Of a DNA stretch of 64,000 bases, positions 1 to 13,050 are shown piece after piece. This DNA comes from Eledone cirrhosa. Taxonomy: Eukaryota. Position 1 is the first letter of the stretch; each line of letters opens with the position of its first letter. The notes below the pieces were generated by a model, which did not search any database, was not told the DNA's origin, and saw nothing but the letters and a program-made list of their open reading frames with translations. The stretch lies in the NCBI GenBank assembly GCA_964016885.1, contig OZ024741.1, positions 379,130,001 through 379,194,000 on the forward strand. The letters run 5' to 3'. The translations under genes and the position numbers were made by a program.

Positions 1-364
1 ACGCACACATCGACTTACACACCAGCCCACGCACACACCTTTTCCTGAACGTGGAACATTGTTCTTCCTCCAACTCTCACATAGACACGCACACACACTC
101 ACGTACACCTACACACATACACAAACAGCACCTTCAGCCTTCCCCGCTTCTACCCCCATCCTCCCTCTCCCAACCCCACCCACCACCACCCTTACACGCC
201 TCACACCCTTCCACCACTTGTCTATCTTATTGTTTATTCTTGTTTATTTTCACGTTTATTTTTAATTTTATTTGTTCTCCTTCCCCCTTTTTTCTAAATT
301 TATTCTCACACACCCTCGGAACTCTCTACCTAACCTATTTACTCCTGAAAAAGGGCTTCTGCCC

Positions 365-454
365 TAAACGTCTCCGCCCCCACACACTTTCAAGAACGTG
401 AACCTAATAAACCTTTATTTGTCTGCCTCTCTGTATTGTTCCCGTGTAAATGTG

Positions 455-510
<56 letters not shown>

Positions 511-600
511 CAATTATAGACGGGAACAAAACAGAGAGGCAGACAAATAATGGTTTATTAGGTTCACGCTCTTGAGAGTGTGTGGGGGAGGGGACGTTTA
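365..600. repeat. Inverted repeat around (TA)n, probable inverted PLE pseudo-LTR end
   Basis: 365-457 is the near reverse complement of 508-600 and includes AATAAA; the arms are separated by (TA)n. Confidence 0.6.
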
Positions 601-874
601 TAGAGGGGCCGGTCGTTGAAGAAGCAACCTCACGCGTTCACCACTATCACCTATATCGGATGAAAGAAAATCTTGTTCGGGAAAATGATTGCATTATTCC
701 AGATTTAAAGTTTTTTTAGGAACTTTCAATGTTTATTTTACGTTTTGATGTGGGAAGAGCTCAGGAGTTAAGAACAAAGTAAATAAATACAATACAGAAG
801 TAATAGAAATAAAATATTTATTTACTTTGTTCTTAACTCCGTAGCGGAGTTTCATTCGGTCTCCTAGTTAGAAT

Positions 875-1345
875 TTAGTCTACGACTCCTGCTATACCAT
901 TTACGTGGTTTGTCTTTGCGTGCTATTGTTCTCCACGGTCGACTTATGACGTATTATCTTCGTTTTTTTCGTTCATCGCCAGAGAACGTCTCTATGCACC
1001 ACCTAAGAGAACATTAGTCTACGACCTCTTTTATACCATAAACGTGGTTCTGTCTTTGCGCGTAATTGTTTTTCACCGCTCCTATTAATGTCGTATTATA
1101 TTCGTTTTTTGGCCGTGGATTGGCAGTATCGGTAGAGGGTCGGACGCCATGCTTTCCAGCATAGTTACGTGCCTTTACGATCTGAGTTCAAATCCCGCCG
1201 AGGTTGACTTTGCCTTTCATCCTTACGGGGTCGATAAAATAAAGTACCAGTAATGAACTGGTGATTGCTGGCTTTGTGCCTAAAGTAGAAACAATTATAT
1301 TCGTTTTTTTACCGTTCTTAGCCAGCGAACGTTACCACGAACCAA
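875..1345 (+). repeat. Diverged ~139-bp tandem duplication interrupted by a SINE
   Basis: ttagtctacgac...gtggtt..tgtctttgcg starts at 875 and 1014; the second unit resumes after the SINE at ~1294. Confidence 0.6.
1111..1293 (+). mobile_element. tRNA-type SINE (cephalopod-like family) with 16-bp TSD
   Basis: B-box-like GAGTTCAAATCC, core tttgcctttcatccttacggggtcgataaaataaagtaccag; attatattcgtttttt at 1095-1110 and 1294-1309. Confidence 0.85.
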
Positions 1346-1779
1346 AGTATCATCTTCCTGTCTTCCTCGGGTTGCAACGTTTTTTTAAATATCCAGTTCT
1401 GCGTTTACAGATTGACTTTGTTAGTTTTAGAAGATCCCGTTAAGGGTGAAAGCAGCGATTCTTTGCTTAAACTTTAATCTGTTATTTTAATAAATATATA
1501 TATATATATATACAATATATAGTAAGAAACACAGTTAATCGTGTGTCTAAAATTACAAGGGTTGAAAAACCACATATGCTTGAAATATTTAACCAAGAAA
1601 CAGACAGAATGACAAAATAAAAATAAAAATATATTATCATAATAATACAAACCGCCTCAATAACCATTATATCTCTCGGACAGATTATCCCTAATACTGT
1701 GTTTCTTACTATATATTGTTAATCGGCTCAGTATTTATTTGTACTTTATACTTAGAGCTTAATGGTTACAGGGTTCTAA

Positions 1780-1832
<53 letters not shown>

Positions 1833-1882
1833 TTTCTGAATTTGTTTAGCAAGATTCTTTATCATAATCGTATGTTGAAACC

Positions 1883-1973
1883 GATATTGTTATACTTTGG
1901 GAGGCTTATGTTGCCAATAAGAAACACACGCGTGTTTCTTATTGGCAACATGACCCTCCCAAAGTATAACAAT
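1883..1973. repeat. Palindrome of the ...caagtataacaa(TA)n family (also 13652-14052, 20375-20392, 20634-20648)
   Basis: atattgttatactttgggagg...cctcccaaagtataacaatat, centred on acacgcgtgt. Confidence 0.7.
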
Positions 1974-1990
1974 ATATATATATATATATG

Positions 1991-2190
1991 AAAATGTTTG
2001 ACCCCGACGGCAGAGCCCAAGCCGTTTCGATGGCTGTTTCTGGACAGCTCTGCCGTCGGGGTCAAGCATGTTCCTATTACACACTCTAAAACCCTAAGTA
2101 TTGAATACTCTGGTGCGTTATGGTCCATCTGGTTCCTTACCACATCTTCTTCGTTATATATATATATATATATATATATATAACGAAGAA
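1991..2190 (+). mobile_element. Truncated inverted-plus-direct pseudo-LTR fragment of the PLE family at 51738-56378
   Basis: 2046-2155 matches 52666-52776; 1991-2036 is an inverted copy of the HHR 3' half; flanked by (TA)n. Confidence 0.85.
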
Positions 2191-2224
2191 TCAGTGATGC
2201 GTTAAAACATATTTTATTAACATA

Positions 2225-2441
2225 TTACATATGTTTCTCCGACGATCAGCTCAAGAAAGGATCTACTATAGATCGAAACTGACTGTGCACGCCAAAGGTC
2301 TTCACATATGTTTACCGTTTTCAAGGCATCTCTTCATACTCTTGAAAAGGTTAAACATATCTGAGGACCTTAAGTGTTCAGAGTCAGGTGCGATCTATAG
2401 TAGCTCCTGCCTTGAGGTGATCGTCGGAGAATCATATGTAA
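2225..2441. repeat. ~215-bp imperfect foldback
   Basis: ttacatatgtttctccgacgatc... pairs with ...gatcgtcggagaatcatatgtaa; inner arms also pair. Confidence 0.7.
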
Positions 2442-2771
2442 TCTATACATATAAAACTGAGGATGTATGTCTGCGTGTGTGTGTGTGAGTTTGAATCCCT
2501 AAAACTCGAGAACCACCCAACTGACTGTTTTCAAACTTTACACATGTAATACTTATCTTTCAATACTAATTTCCAATGTCGTAGGGACCGCATTCGGCGA
2601 TTTAGCGATCTCTCTCAATAATTTCTTAGTCTTTCTCTTTTTAGATACATACATACATATAACGTCACGCCCTTATAATATCTGTCTCTATGTCTGGCTG
2701 TCTGCATTACGTCACTTCTCTGAGGATGTCTCTGTGGGGGGGGGGGGGGGTATGTGTGTGTGTCTGTGTGT

Positions 2772-2802
<31 letters not shown>

Positions 2803-3382
2803 CGTGTGTTTGAATCCCTAAAAGTTGATAAGTGCCCAACAGATTTTTTTCAAACATTACATCTGTATTACTTATATTTCCCGAAGTGATATACACATAA
2901 ACAATTCAACATTTTGTCTCCTACATTAGGTGAAAAACTGCCTTTTAAAGCTTTTTAGTGTGTTTTTTTAGGCGTTACGTCAGACGTATTTCCTTGAAAT
3001 TGTAACTATGCATTATTCAGTCTCTTCTTCATAACGTGAGCAAAGAAAATCCAACTTTTTTATGGCCTAGGTAAAAAACTTCATGTGTTGATCTTTTTAG
3101 GGCTTTTTGGAGCCGTTACGTCTAGCCGATTTCCCGAAATTTCCAAGCATATTATGCACATAAAAACAATTCATTTTCTTGATCTCTTAGGGCCCGCATT
3201 AGGTGATAACCTGCATTTTTCCTGTTTCATCGAGGAAAATCTTAAAGATTATCCAGCCATCAGGGTATTCGGTTTGATTTCTTTACATATTGTCCAGGCT
3301 TGCAGTTTTTCCACGACTATGTCTGTTGGCGGCCCGCGTTCCAAAATACCTTATCCCATGCAACGCTGGGCATCACTGCTAG
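2442..3382 (+). mobile_element. Non-autonomous Helitron-like element
   Basis: 5' TC start, (TG)n near the 5' end, subterminal hairpin cccatgcaacgctggg, CTAG end, A|T insertion context; internal duplicate of the 5' part at ~2720-2880. Confidence 0.7.
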
Positions 3383-3586
3383 TATGTTAATAAATTGTGT
3401 CTTAATGCATCACTGTTTCCTCTTTTTCTGTAAGCATCGAGTGCTCAAACTGCATACCGCCTACGAACACATTTATTGCAGCCTTACAACAACTATATAT
3501 ATACATATATATATATAATCAAGGTTTAGCACATAAGAAAAAGTTTTAGAATAATTTTTAAAAAAATCACTGTACCTGCTATGGTT

Positions 3587-3672
3587 ACCTTTACCGTACG
3601 CTTTCGAGTCTCAAAAATAAATGGATAGTCCTTACGGGCCTCCATTGAAAAGAAAGACTCTCGTCAGAAGGT
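3587..3672 (-). ncRNA. Type I hammerhead ribozyme with extended stem II
   Basis: Minus strand: acctt CTGACGA gagtct...agactc GAAA gcgtacgg TA aaggt; one mismatch in stem III. Confidence 0.75.
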
Positions 3673-4097
3673 TCTTTTCACTCGGAGATTATATGTTAGG
3701 AAACCAATCATCGAAGATCTTATAGTAAATAATTAATTATGAACATTCCAATAACTTCAATAAAAGACCTAGATACAAAAATATAATTTGGTATAATGCT
3801 CCTTTTTCTCTATCTATAAATAATAATATTCCTAAACTATTATTTAGGGCCTTAGATAAATGCTTCCCTCCCTCACATATCTATAGTAAAATCTTTGACA
3901 AACATACAATTAAATTTTCTTATTCCACCACTTCCAACATCTCTAACATTATCTCTAAACACAACAATAAACTATTAAATAATAAATTACATCCTTCCAA
4001 CACTGAGCGTCATAATAATAGCAGTAGTATACCCGACGTCATTGTTAACTCTAGGCTAGATTCTGTAAATTTAAATACGACGTCAAGCGTAACTTCG

Positions 4098-4652
4098 TTG
4101 AATAATACCACTCTAAATCAGGAAACTATTGTTCTTATCGTAAATAACTTCTCCAATCCAATTCCTTCTATAAATAATACTTGGTCACTTGTTAATAACT
4201 CTGTTAATTTCTCTAATCATAATTGTAATTGTCCTATTAGAACTAAATGTCCTCTTAAGAAGCATTATCTTGATAAAACCTTAGTCTATGACTGTATGGT
4301 TATAACTGATACTAATTCGTTTACTTATTTCGGTTCCACTTCCACTTCCTTCAAAGCTAGATTTTATAATCACAAATCGTCTTTTAAATACCAACTTAAA
4401 ATAACTAACACGGCACTCTCGGAACTCATATGGTCCTTAAAAGACAAAAATATTAACTATAACATCTCTTGGAGGAAGGTTTGCTCCGCCTTTCCTTATC
4501 TGAATTCTTCCCTATCCAGAACATGTAATCTCTGCCTAGCCGAGAAATTTACCATTATATCTAATTTCAATTCTATAATAAATAGACGCACAGATTTATT
4601 TTCGCTCTGCTTGCATAAACCCCATAGAACATTCCAAAAAGTATACAGCTAA
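4098..4652 (+). pseudogene. PLE C-terminal GIY-YIG endonuclease remnant
   Basis: CNC..CPL..LVYDC..YFGST..FKARFYNH..TALSELIW..CNLCLAEK..NRR..C.H, homologous to 30892-31338 and 54636-55030. Confidence 0.85.
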
Positions 4653-4921
4653 TATCTCAATAGTTTAAAATCCTCTTTTCTCAAATATACCCATCTTTCT
4701 ACCTTATTTCAGTATTATATATTATATAATACAATTTACTCATTCTATGTCATAATCCACTATCTTTCTCTTTATCATTTTCCTTTCTTCCTTTTTTTCT
4801 TTTTTAATTTCTAATCTCTAATCTGTACTTTTTGTTCCAATTACTTCTCAATTCATATTATTACTCACTACAGCATTATCCATTTGTCCATCTTTGCTCA
4901 TATTATTGACCATTAAAACTA

Positions 4922-4956
<35 letters not shown>

Positions 4957-5823
4957 ATACATTATAATATTACCATTAGAAGATTTTCGTAAACATATAA
5001 ACTTTTTGACGTTAGATATTTTTTTCTTCCTTAACATTTTCTTCTTTCATCTCTCCTTCCATGCTTGTTTTAAACCTACTATTTACTTTGACTTTTACAT
5101 ATTACAATACATAAAAACAAACTTAAACCCTAACTAATTTCTTTTTTAATATATTCTAATATTACCATTAGAAAATATTTCCTAAACATATATACTTTTT
5201 GACGTTAGATATTTTCTTCCTTAAACTTTCTTTTTTCTTCTCTCCTTCCGTGCTCATTTTAAACCTACTATTTACGTTTACATATACATAAAAACAAACT
5301 TAAACCTTAACTAATTCCTCTAAGTTCATAACTCATTTATTCTTCTCCTTCTTTCACATTATATCCCTAATATCATTAATATTTTTATTTTAATAATACA
5401 TATTCATAAATTCTTTTTTTTCGCGCACATTATTAAACCCTTCAATATACAAACCTTAATTTAATACTATTCTTAATTCCTTTTTCTTCGTGCATAAACC
5501 TCATTAACTTTTAATTTCAAAATCTTTGAAATAATCTATTATCTTCCAACGCCTTTTTTAATTTCTCTCTGTGAGACAATAAGTTCTCAGTTGTAAAGGC
5601 TATCTCTCTCTCAATCACCCATTTCTCCTCCTCACTCATCTTTCCTTCTTATACCCCTACCTAACCATCCTTTACTCTGATTTCTTCCTCTTACTTACCT
5701 TTTCCTACCCCACCCCCACTTTTTCCCAATCTCATATATCCATCTTATTTTATTTTTTATATGTTGATTCAAAACTTCACTGCTCACAAGTGTTTTTTAA
5801 GCTTCATATCATGTCTCCCTATT

Positions 5824-5890
5824 TTTTATCTGATGAGAACGAAAATATCATCCCATGATGATATTTGTTTTTGAAATGCGCATAATAAAA
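5824..5890 (+). ncRNA. Type I hammerhead ribozyme
   Basis: ttttat CTGATGA [stem II with aaatatcat/atgatattt] GAAA tgcgca TA ataaaa; palindromic stem III. Confidence 0.75.
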
Positions 5891-5929
5891 TACTTGGAAC
5901 TCTTTTAACTACCCTTTGAACTTATATTA

Positions 5930-5990
5930 TAAATATATATATATATATATATAATATATATATATATATAATATATAATATATAATATAT

Positions 5991-6024
<34 letters not shown>

Positions 6025-6064
6025 ATATATATATATATATAATATATATATATATATAATATAT

Positions 6065-6111
<47 letters not shown>

Positions 6112-6117
6112 ATATAT

Positions 6118-6161
<44 letters not shown>

Positions 6162-6245
6162 TATATATATATATATATAATATATAATATATATATATAT
6201 ATAATATATATATATATATATAATATATATATATATATAATATAT

Positions 6246-6294
<49 letters not shown>

Positions 6295-6396
6295 ATATAT
6301 ATATATATATAATATATATATATATATATAATATATATATATATATAATATATAATATATATATAATATATAATATATATATAATATATAATATAT

Positions 6397-6451
<55 letters not shown>

Positions 6452-6455
6452 TAAT
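5930..6455. repeat. Degenerate (TA)n satellite
   Basis: About 520 bp of almost pure A/T dinucleotide repeat. Confidence 0.95.
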
Positions 6456-6902
6456 GTTTTAAGTCTGCGTGTCTCATGACATATACATGCGTAGCTTGTG
6501 AATACACATTTCAAGGGGTATCGCTGGCCGTGGTGATGCCTTCCAAACATTGTTTGTAATGTATCGTCTTATTGGCTAATTTCAAAAGCATCCGCCACTT
6601 TGTTTTCACGTTTATTTATCATTTCACTTTCGAATCTCTCTCCAGTATTTCGTGGTTTTATCATCAAAATATTTTTCTCGTTTTGGTAAGTTATATTGTT
6701 AATTTATATATGATTTTTTAAATTCATATTAACAATTAAAGTCTGAAAATATTTTTATACATCTTACAATAATATTTATAAGATCATTTATAAAATAACA
6801 ATTATATAATCTAATTAGATTACAACGATAATATTTATTATTAATATATATATATCATGTTTAACTAGAGTTATTACAAGCGTTGCCTTAAAAACATATT
6901 AA

Positions 6903-7326
6903 ACTACACCTGAAGAATGCGCAAGCTCAAAAGAGCCACATAATGTTATAATAAGCCTTCAAAAGTGTGCTACTAGAGTTGTTGCTCACAAATATTGTAA
7001 TCATTATGTATCGTACACTCTGTGGCATCCTTTTGTAAAAAATAGACTCATAACGAACTCAAGACGACACGATAATTATTTAAGTTAATTTATAATATAG
7101 AATTCGGTTTAAGTGCATTTCGTATTAATCATTACTTAACATCTAATATGAGATATTGAACATTAGCTTAAATAATTATCGTGTCGTCTTGAATTCGTTA
7201 GGAGTCTATTTTTTATAAAAAGGATGCCACAGAGTGTACGATAGATAATGATTACAATAATTTTTAGCAACAAATCTAGTCCCACACTTTTGAAGGTGTA
7301 TGAGCTTGCGCATTTTCAAGTATAGT
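6903..7326. mobile_element. MITE / foldback with long terminal inverted repeats
   Basis: 6903-7089 is the near reverse complement of 7162-7326 (aatgcgcaagctca / tgagcttgcgcatt; gtacactctgtggcatcc / ggatgccacagagtgtac). Confidence 0.7.
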
Positions 7327-8102
7327 ATATATATATACATAATGAAAAACGTATGGACGTTATAAAACTTTCAACAAGGAATCTTTATTTCATGTGCAAA
7401 GAAATTGATGTTAGTCATCTTGATTTCTCCATTCTAGGTTTTCAAATCATTTCATATTAGGTCAAATTTTCCCGTTCTTAAGGTTCCTGCAAACTGGTTC
7501 CGATTGCATGGTTTTGGTCACTGCCACTCTTGTAAAGGATACGATTTTTTTGTTGTTGTTGTCGCTTGTGTGTATTTTTTTATAATCTGTTACAAGGAGT
7601 GGAACTCTACTTTCTTTTGGTGTAAACAAATATTATATTGCAAGTAATTTCAAACTTGGCTTGAATTCACTAATAAATATTTTCTGTTTATTAATTCAAC
7701 CTGTTTCAGGGTTATTGCAAAAGAATCGGATATTAATATTATTATTATATTATTATTATCCGATATAAAAATCACTAATGGATTTACGTATACGCTATGC
7801 TAGGGTGAAAATAAAATTGGTTTTGAATTTCCGGCTAAGCCAGCCGTGAAATCGCTCGGTATGCAAATTAGGCTAATCAACCGAATGGTACTTTAGATAA
7901 TACTATATATTTACAAGATTTCTAATGTGTAGCCAGAATAGGAGAGATACACAATCTTGATTACAGGCAATAACTCTGAAATAATTATTGATTGCTTCTC
8001 TCTGTTACAGCTTGAGAAAATGGATGTAGATAATCTTTTATAACACATAGCAGTATGAGGCTATTTGCTTTGGAAACGAATCGAATATTACTAACATTAT
8101 TA

Positions 8103-8292
8103 GGGCGGTGGATTGGCAGTATCGGTAGAGGGTCGGACGCCATGCTTTCCAGCATAGTTATGTCCCTTTACGATCTGAATTCAAATCCCGCCGATGTTGA
8201 CTTTGCCTTTCATCCTTACGGGATCAATAAAATAACGTACCAGTAATGCACTGGTTAATTGCTGGCCATGTGCCTAAAGTAGAAACAATTAT
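8103..8292 (+). mobile_element. SINE, same family as 1111
   Basis: gggcggtggattggcagtatcggtagagggtcggacgccatgc...tttgcctttcatcc...agtagaaacaatt. Confidence 0.85.
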
Positions 8293-8340
8293 TATAATAT
8301 TATTATCACTCGACATAAAACTCATATATATATATATATA

Positions 8341-11300
8341 TAAATTAATAAAAATAATGAATAAAAACAAAGAAACAGTTCCTTATATTAAAAAATTCAT
8401 CATTTTACGATCGTTTCTAGGATATATATGTGTGTGTTGGTATGTATATCATATAGATCTATGTAAAAGTTTTACAAACTATCAGAGGGAATATACATAC
8501 CTACACATATATATGCTGTCTTCAGAAATAATGATATTTGTTTAATGAAGGAAACCAACAAAGATTTAATATAATAGGTCTGTTTGGGAACAGGTTTTGA
8601 ATTGATCAATAGAAAAGTAGTAAGGATGAAAGGCAAAGTCTCTGAAATAATGATATTTGTTTATTGAAAAAAACAACAACAAAGATTAGGTCTGTTTGGG
8701 AACAGGTTTGAATTGACCATTAGAAAAGTAGTAAGTGATCAAGTTGATAGAATAGTAGTAGTAGAAATTTAATTCAGGGGTAGAGGAATGCAGACTTCAG
8801 TTTTGAATGGAAAGAGTATTTTGAATGAAAATATTACTTTGGGGATGAAAATAGGTCAAGCCAGTGAAAGGTACACGAAAATTTGATGTTATTAAAGAAT
8901 AATGCTGATGTTAAAATCTAAGGAGAATAAAATTTTACTATAAATGTGTTAGTGAATAATATCAATCTTATTTAAAACATAAGGAATATAGATCTATAAA
9001 AAGAAATTAAATTAATTTAATTGATAGGTATATTTATAGCGATACATTTATATTAATTCATATAGATATGATAAATAAGAGTTAGATGTTATTAAATAGT
9101 CTTGTTGAAAACAAAGGAAAATGTATTAATGAGAAATAACAAACTTATACAGATTATAAGGAATTTAGATTCATAACAGGAAATTAAAATAGTTTATATG
9201 TATACTTATTGGTATACATTTTAGGAAAAGATAGCTGTAAAAGGGAAATAAAATTATGCAGTTCTTAGTAGTAGAATATTAATTATAGGTTAACTAATAT
9301 AAAAAAATTATAATAATTTCTAAAATATAAGTGTATATTAATTAGGTTTATAATATTTAAAAATTTTCTAATTCTATGATTGCATGATATAATTAATTCT
9401 TGTCGCTTATTTAATAGGATAACATTAGATGTCATTATTTCAAAACGTTCCTGGGAACATAATCTACATTCATATCTATTATTTTGATAAGGGGTGACCC
9501 TTTTGAGCACACTCCAGGTCAAGTTATAATCGATATTCTTTCTTCTATAATTATTAATTACTTCAGCTAAGGATGTTGTATTAGCTAATGCGGCATTTTT
9601 AAAACTGTGTTTGTGGGTATTAAATCTTACATTAAATTGATTAGAATCAGCTCCTATATATGAATAAGTTGAGTCGTTAGTGCTAATTTTACATTTATAT
9701 ACTGTTATTAATAAGGCAATTTCATTTTAATGGGCAATTCGCTTTGTTTCTACAGTTACAACCTTTCGTGAATGTTATATCAGGGGAGTTAGTCAAATTA
9801 GGTGTGGGATTTTCTAGACTTGTTGTATGTGAAAGAGATGATGGTTTGCTGTGGTTTATTTTAGTATTATGGTTAGTTCGATGTGTTGGTGGTATATTCA
9901 TGGTTTTTTAAACATGTATATGCATTGTAGACATTTATATTTTGTTGTATATTTTTAGTTGTTGAGTAGGAGAATTTGACCGTTGATCTATTTAAAATTT
10001 GATAGTATTTATGGTTTGGCGGGAATTTTTTTTAGGTATATTATCTTTAATTTGTAGATTAAATGGAGCATTATACCAAGTAACTCGTCTATTACGGTTT
10101 CAATGTTGTTTTTTTTTTATTATTGTACGATGTATCCTGATGTTTACTAAGAGAATTAGTATTAGTGATTTTATTACAAATATTTTGAGTTAGATTCACT
10201 GATTTAGGTGTTTGAGCCTGATTATTAGGGATTTTGTTAGTAATGTTATTAACATATATTGGAATATTAGGATGAATGGTGTTTTGAAGTTTATTATATT
10301 GTATATTAGAATAGCTAGAGAAATTAAGTTTTAAGTTGGTATTTTGGGGTATAGTGTGAGTGGCATTTAGGTGTATATATTTCATTTGGTGTTTGTTGGT
10401 AATATTGGGTTGTATGTTTGTAGTATTATTGGCACAAGGTATATATACTAATTGTTTTTGTGGCCGCTTCTAGCTAAAGCTTCGTTATAAAAAGTCGCAT
10501 TTTTATCGAATACATCCTGGTTAGATGAAAGGTTAGAAATTATGAGTGAGTTATTATATGCTAGGTTTTTAAGGATAGATTTAGGGTGATTAGATTTTTA
10601 GTGTATCTAATGTAAGTTTTGGTTAGGTTTATGGTAAGTTTGGTAGATACCCGTAGATAAGTCTAAAGTTATATCAAGGAAATTAACTATTTTACTTGTG
10701 TTTTCAAGTGTAATAGTGAGGCTAAAATATTATTTGAGGACAGTTCTAATAAGTTTTTCATTTTTTCAATTTCTGATAGGCTAAGATTAGTGGAAAGAAG
10801 AAGACAGTCATCACGATATAAACCACCTTTAAGGTGGAGAAAAGAAAGATTTATGTTAAATAGAAGAAAGAGGCCCACAAGATCGGTAATTTCGGCAGAA
10901 TCGCTAGAGCCCATAGTAATGTCGAATATATTACTATATGTATTTCTGGTCCAGTATTCCTTCTGAAATTCCAGTAGTGTTTGTCTAGCGTGCGTGATAA
11001 TATTAATGTCATCCATAGTTAAGTTTGATCTATTTTTGGCAAATATCAAGGCTTTGTTGAAGAGTATGGGTGATATATATGGATAATAAGCATCTATATC
11101 GAATTTTAGAAATGAAGCAGATTATTTATTTCTAATATTAGTAAACCAGTTAATTACCTGGGATGTGTTTTCCAAGAGTGGTAAATTAACATGTTTTCTT
11201 AATTGTGGCATGACTCTATCTAAATTTGTTTTACTATTGATGCCAATGCCAGATTTGGTAGGGCATATAAGTATTATAGAAGGATTAGAGTTAAAATTAG

Positions 11301-12385
11301 GTGTGTGATCTTTGAGGTTAAAATGTGTTTTTTTTTCAGTGCCAAAGGTTCAGTTCTATCTTCAATATTGAGTTTATTTACTACGTTGTGTGTTTTGTTG
11401 TTGATATTGGTAAGTGCCGCATTATTTGTTTTTTTATAATTTTTCCTGAGTTCTTTATAAATGAACTCATTGTAATTATCAATATCCATGTGGTACAGAT
11501 TTCCAGTTTTGTCAGAGCGGACATGGATTTTGTTAGATATTTTTAGATCCAATAGGGTAGAATCAAGATCCTTTTGAAAATTAGATTTATATTTCTTAAT
11601 TTGAGGTGTTTGATTAAGTTAAAAAGGTCTTTCTCGAAGTATTCAAGTAAGGAGTTGTGTGGTGGGTTCTTATATGTAGTGAAATCATATAACTATTTCT
11701 TATTAGTACATTTTGTTTTTTTATCAAAGTGGTAGGCCCTCCATCTGACACTTTTGATGAATTGGTTGGTTTGTTGTATCATGGTAAGTAAGAATTCATC
11801 CTTAGAAGGTATTGGTATATTCTTTAAAGAAGTTCCCAAGTATTGTTTTTCTTGTGATAAGGATAATGGACAAGAAATAGAGCTCAACTATATATATAGA
11901 GAGTTATAAAATTATATATATATAAAAATATGAATACCTTTATAAAATTAGGAGCAAAGTATGTAGACAAATCTACCAAAATATACGGTAGTGTCTAATC
12001 CGTATGAAGAACTCAATGTAATCCAAATATCATGAAAAGAGAACATGTATTCAAAATGTTTTCGATGAAAAACACAGGAAAACAGAGACAAGATAAATTA
12101 ATAAAAATAATGAATAAAAACAAAGAAACAGTTCCTTATATTAAAAAATTCATCATTTTACGATCGTTTCTAGGCTATATATGTGTGTGTTGGTATGTAT
12201 ATCATATAGATCTATGTAAAAGCTTTACACAATTTTAATATTTTTTATTAATTTATCTTGACTCTGTTTTCCTGTGTTTTTCATCGAAACAATTTTGAAT
12301 GCATCTTCTCTATTCATGATATTTGGATTACATTGAGTTCTTCATACGGATTGGACACTACCGTATACTTTGGTAGATTTATCTC
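8341..12385 (-). mobile_element. Degenerate full-length Penelope-like element with pseudo-LTRs and inverted 5' end
   Basis: Fragments SLKNIPIPS, VRSDKTGNLY, MGSSDSAEITDLVG, GGLYRDDCL, CRLCSQER; direct repeat 8341-8476 / 12094-12229; 12235-12384 is an inverted copy of ~11963-12108. Confidence 0.9.
8397..8534 (-). ncRNA. Type I hammerhead with ~100-nt stem II
   Basis: Minus strand: tcattattt CTGAAGA [atatatatgtgt..ggtatgtatat / atatacatacc..acacatatatat] GAAA cgatcg TA aaatgatga; base of stem II imperfect. Confidence 0.6.
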
Positions 12386-12865
12386 TCTCTCTCTATATAT
12401 ATATGTGTGTGTGTGTATGTAGGAAAGAGATATATTCTTGTATTATTCACATCGATAGCATTTAAGAGGAATACATTAATTGTTTAGACATAAACAAGTC
12501 CCTGAACCAGATGTACATCATAGTCGAAATTTGGCATATGACAACCTTCTGTGTTTTATAGTAGTAATTATCTGAAATACGGCAAGGAAGATGAGTGTGG
12601 ATAAACCTGGCTGATGATATATGATTGTTTAGAAAATAATAAAGAATCAATAAAAGCAAAATTACTCATACTTATCTGTCAACAGCTAACTAGTTACTTC
12701 CCTTTTAAAACATTTTGTTACTTTTATATCATAATATCTCGGCAGATGAACAACATTTGTGATTGGTGGTCACATATATACATACTTCTTTTGTTGATTT
12801 CAGGCTTCAGTGTAGATTTATATGTACCAATTTTTTTTTACAGTAATTAAAATAATAATAATAAT

Positions 12866-13050
12866 GATTTCTAGTATAGGCACTAGGCCAGTAATTTGGG
12901 GACAGGAGAAAGTCGATCAAATCGACCTCAGTGCGTGACTGGTACTTTAAAAATAATAATAATAATAATGACAACTACAATAACGGCAATAATAATTGTT
13001 TCTCCCTTTGGCACAAGGCCAGTAAATATCCAGTACATTACTGGTACTCT
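12866..13050 (-). mobile_element. SINE 3' fragments
   Basis: Reverse complement of the SINE tail (ggcacaaggccagtaa, actggtact). Confidence 0.55.

Larger units (their letters stand above)
3690..5930 (+). mobile_element. 5'-truncated Penelope-like element (thumb + GIY-YIG remnant, 3' UTR, pseudo-LTR)
   Basis: IIWYNAPFS / LDKCFPPSHIY motifs near 3780-3890, GIY-YIG ORF 4098-4652, HHR at 5824-5890, ends in TA-rich satellite. Confidence 0.85.
7340..12770 (+). pseudogene. Possible decayed polypeptide GalNAc-transferase exons (3' part)
   Basis: Frameshifted LVP...GH..KGYDF and YNLLQGVEL at ~7480-7610; ricin-like NCLD and DCLE..KLLILIC at ~12470-12690; recognised by eye only. Confidence 0.3.

Noticed and set aside
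345-372. Hammerhead-like CTGAAAA agggcttctgccct AAACGTC
   Set aside because: Two core defects and no stem I; at most a dead remnant
4970-5320. ~190-bp tandem duplication as a separate element
   Set aside because: Local duplication inside the AT-rich PLE 3' UTR with no independent termini
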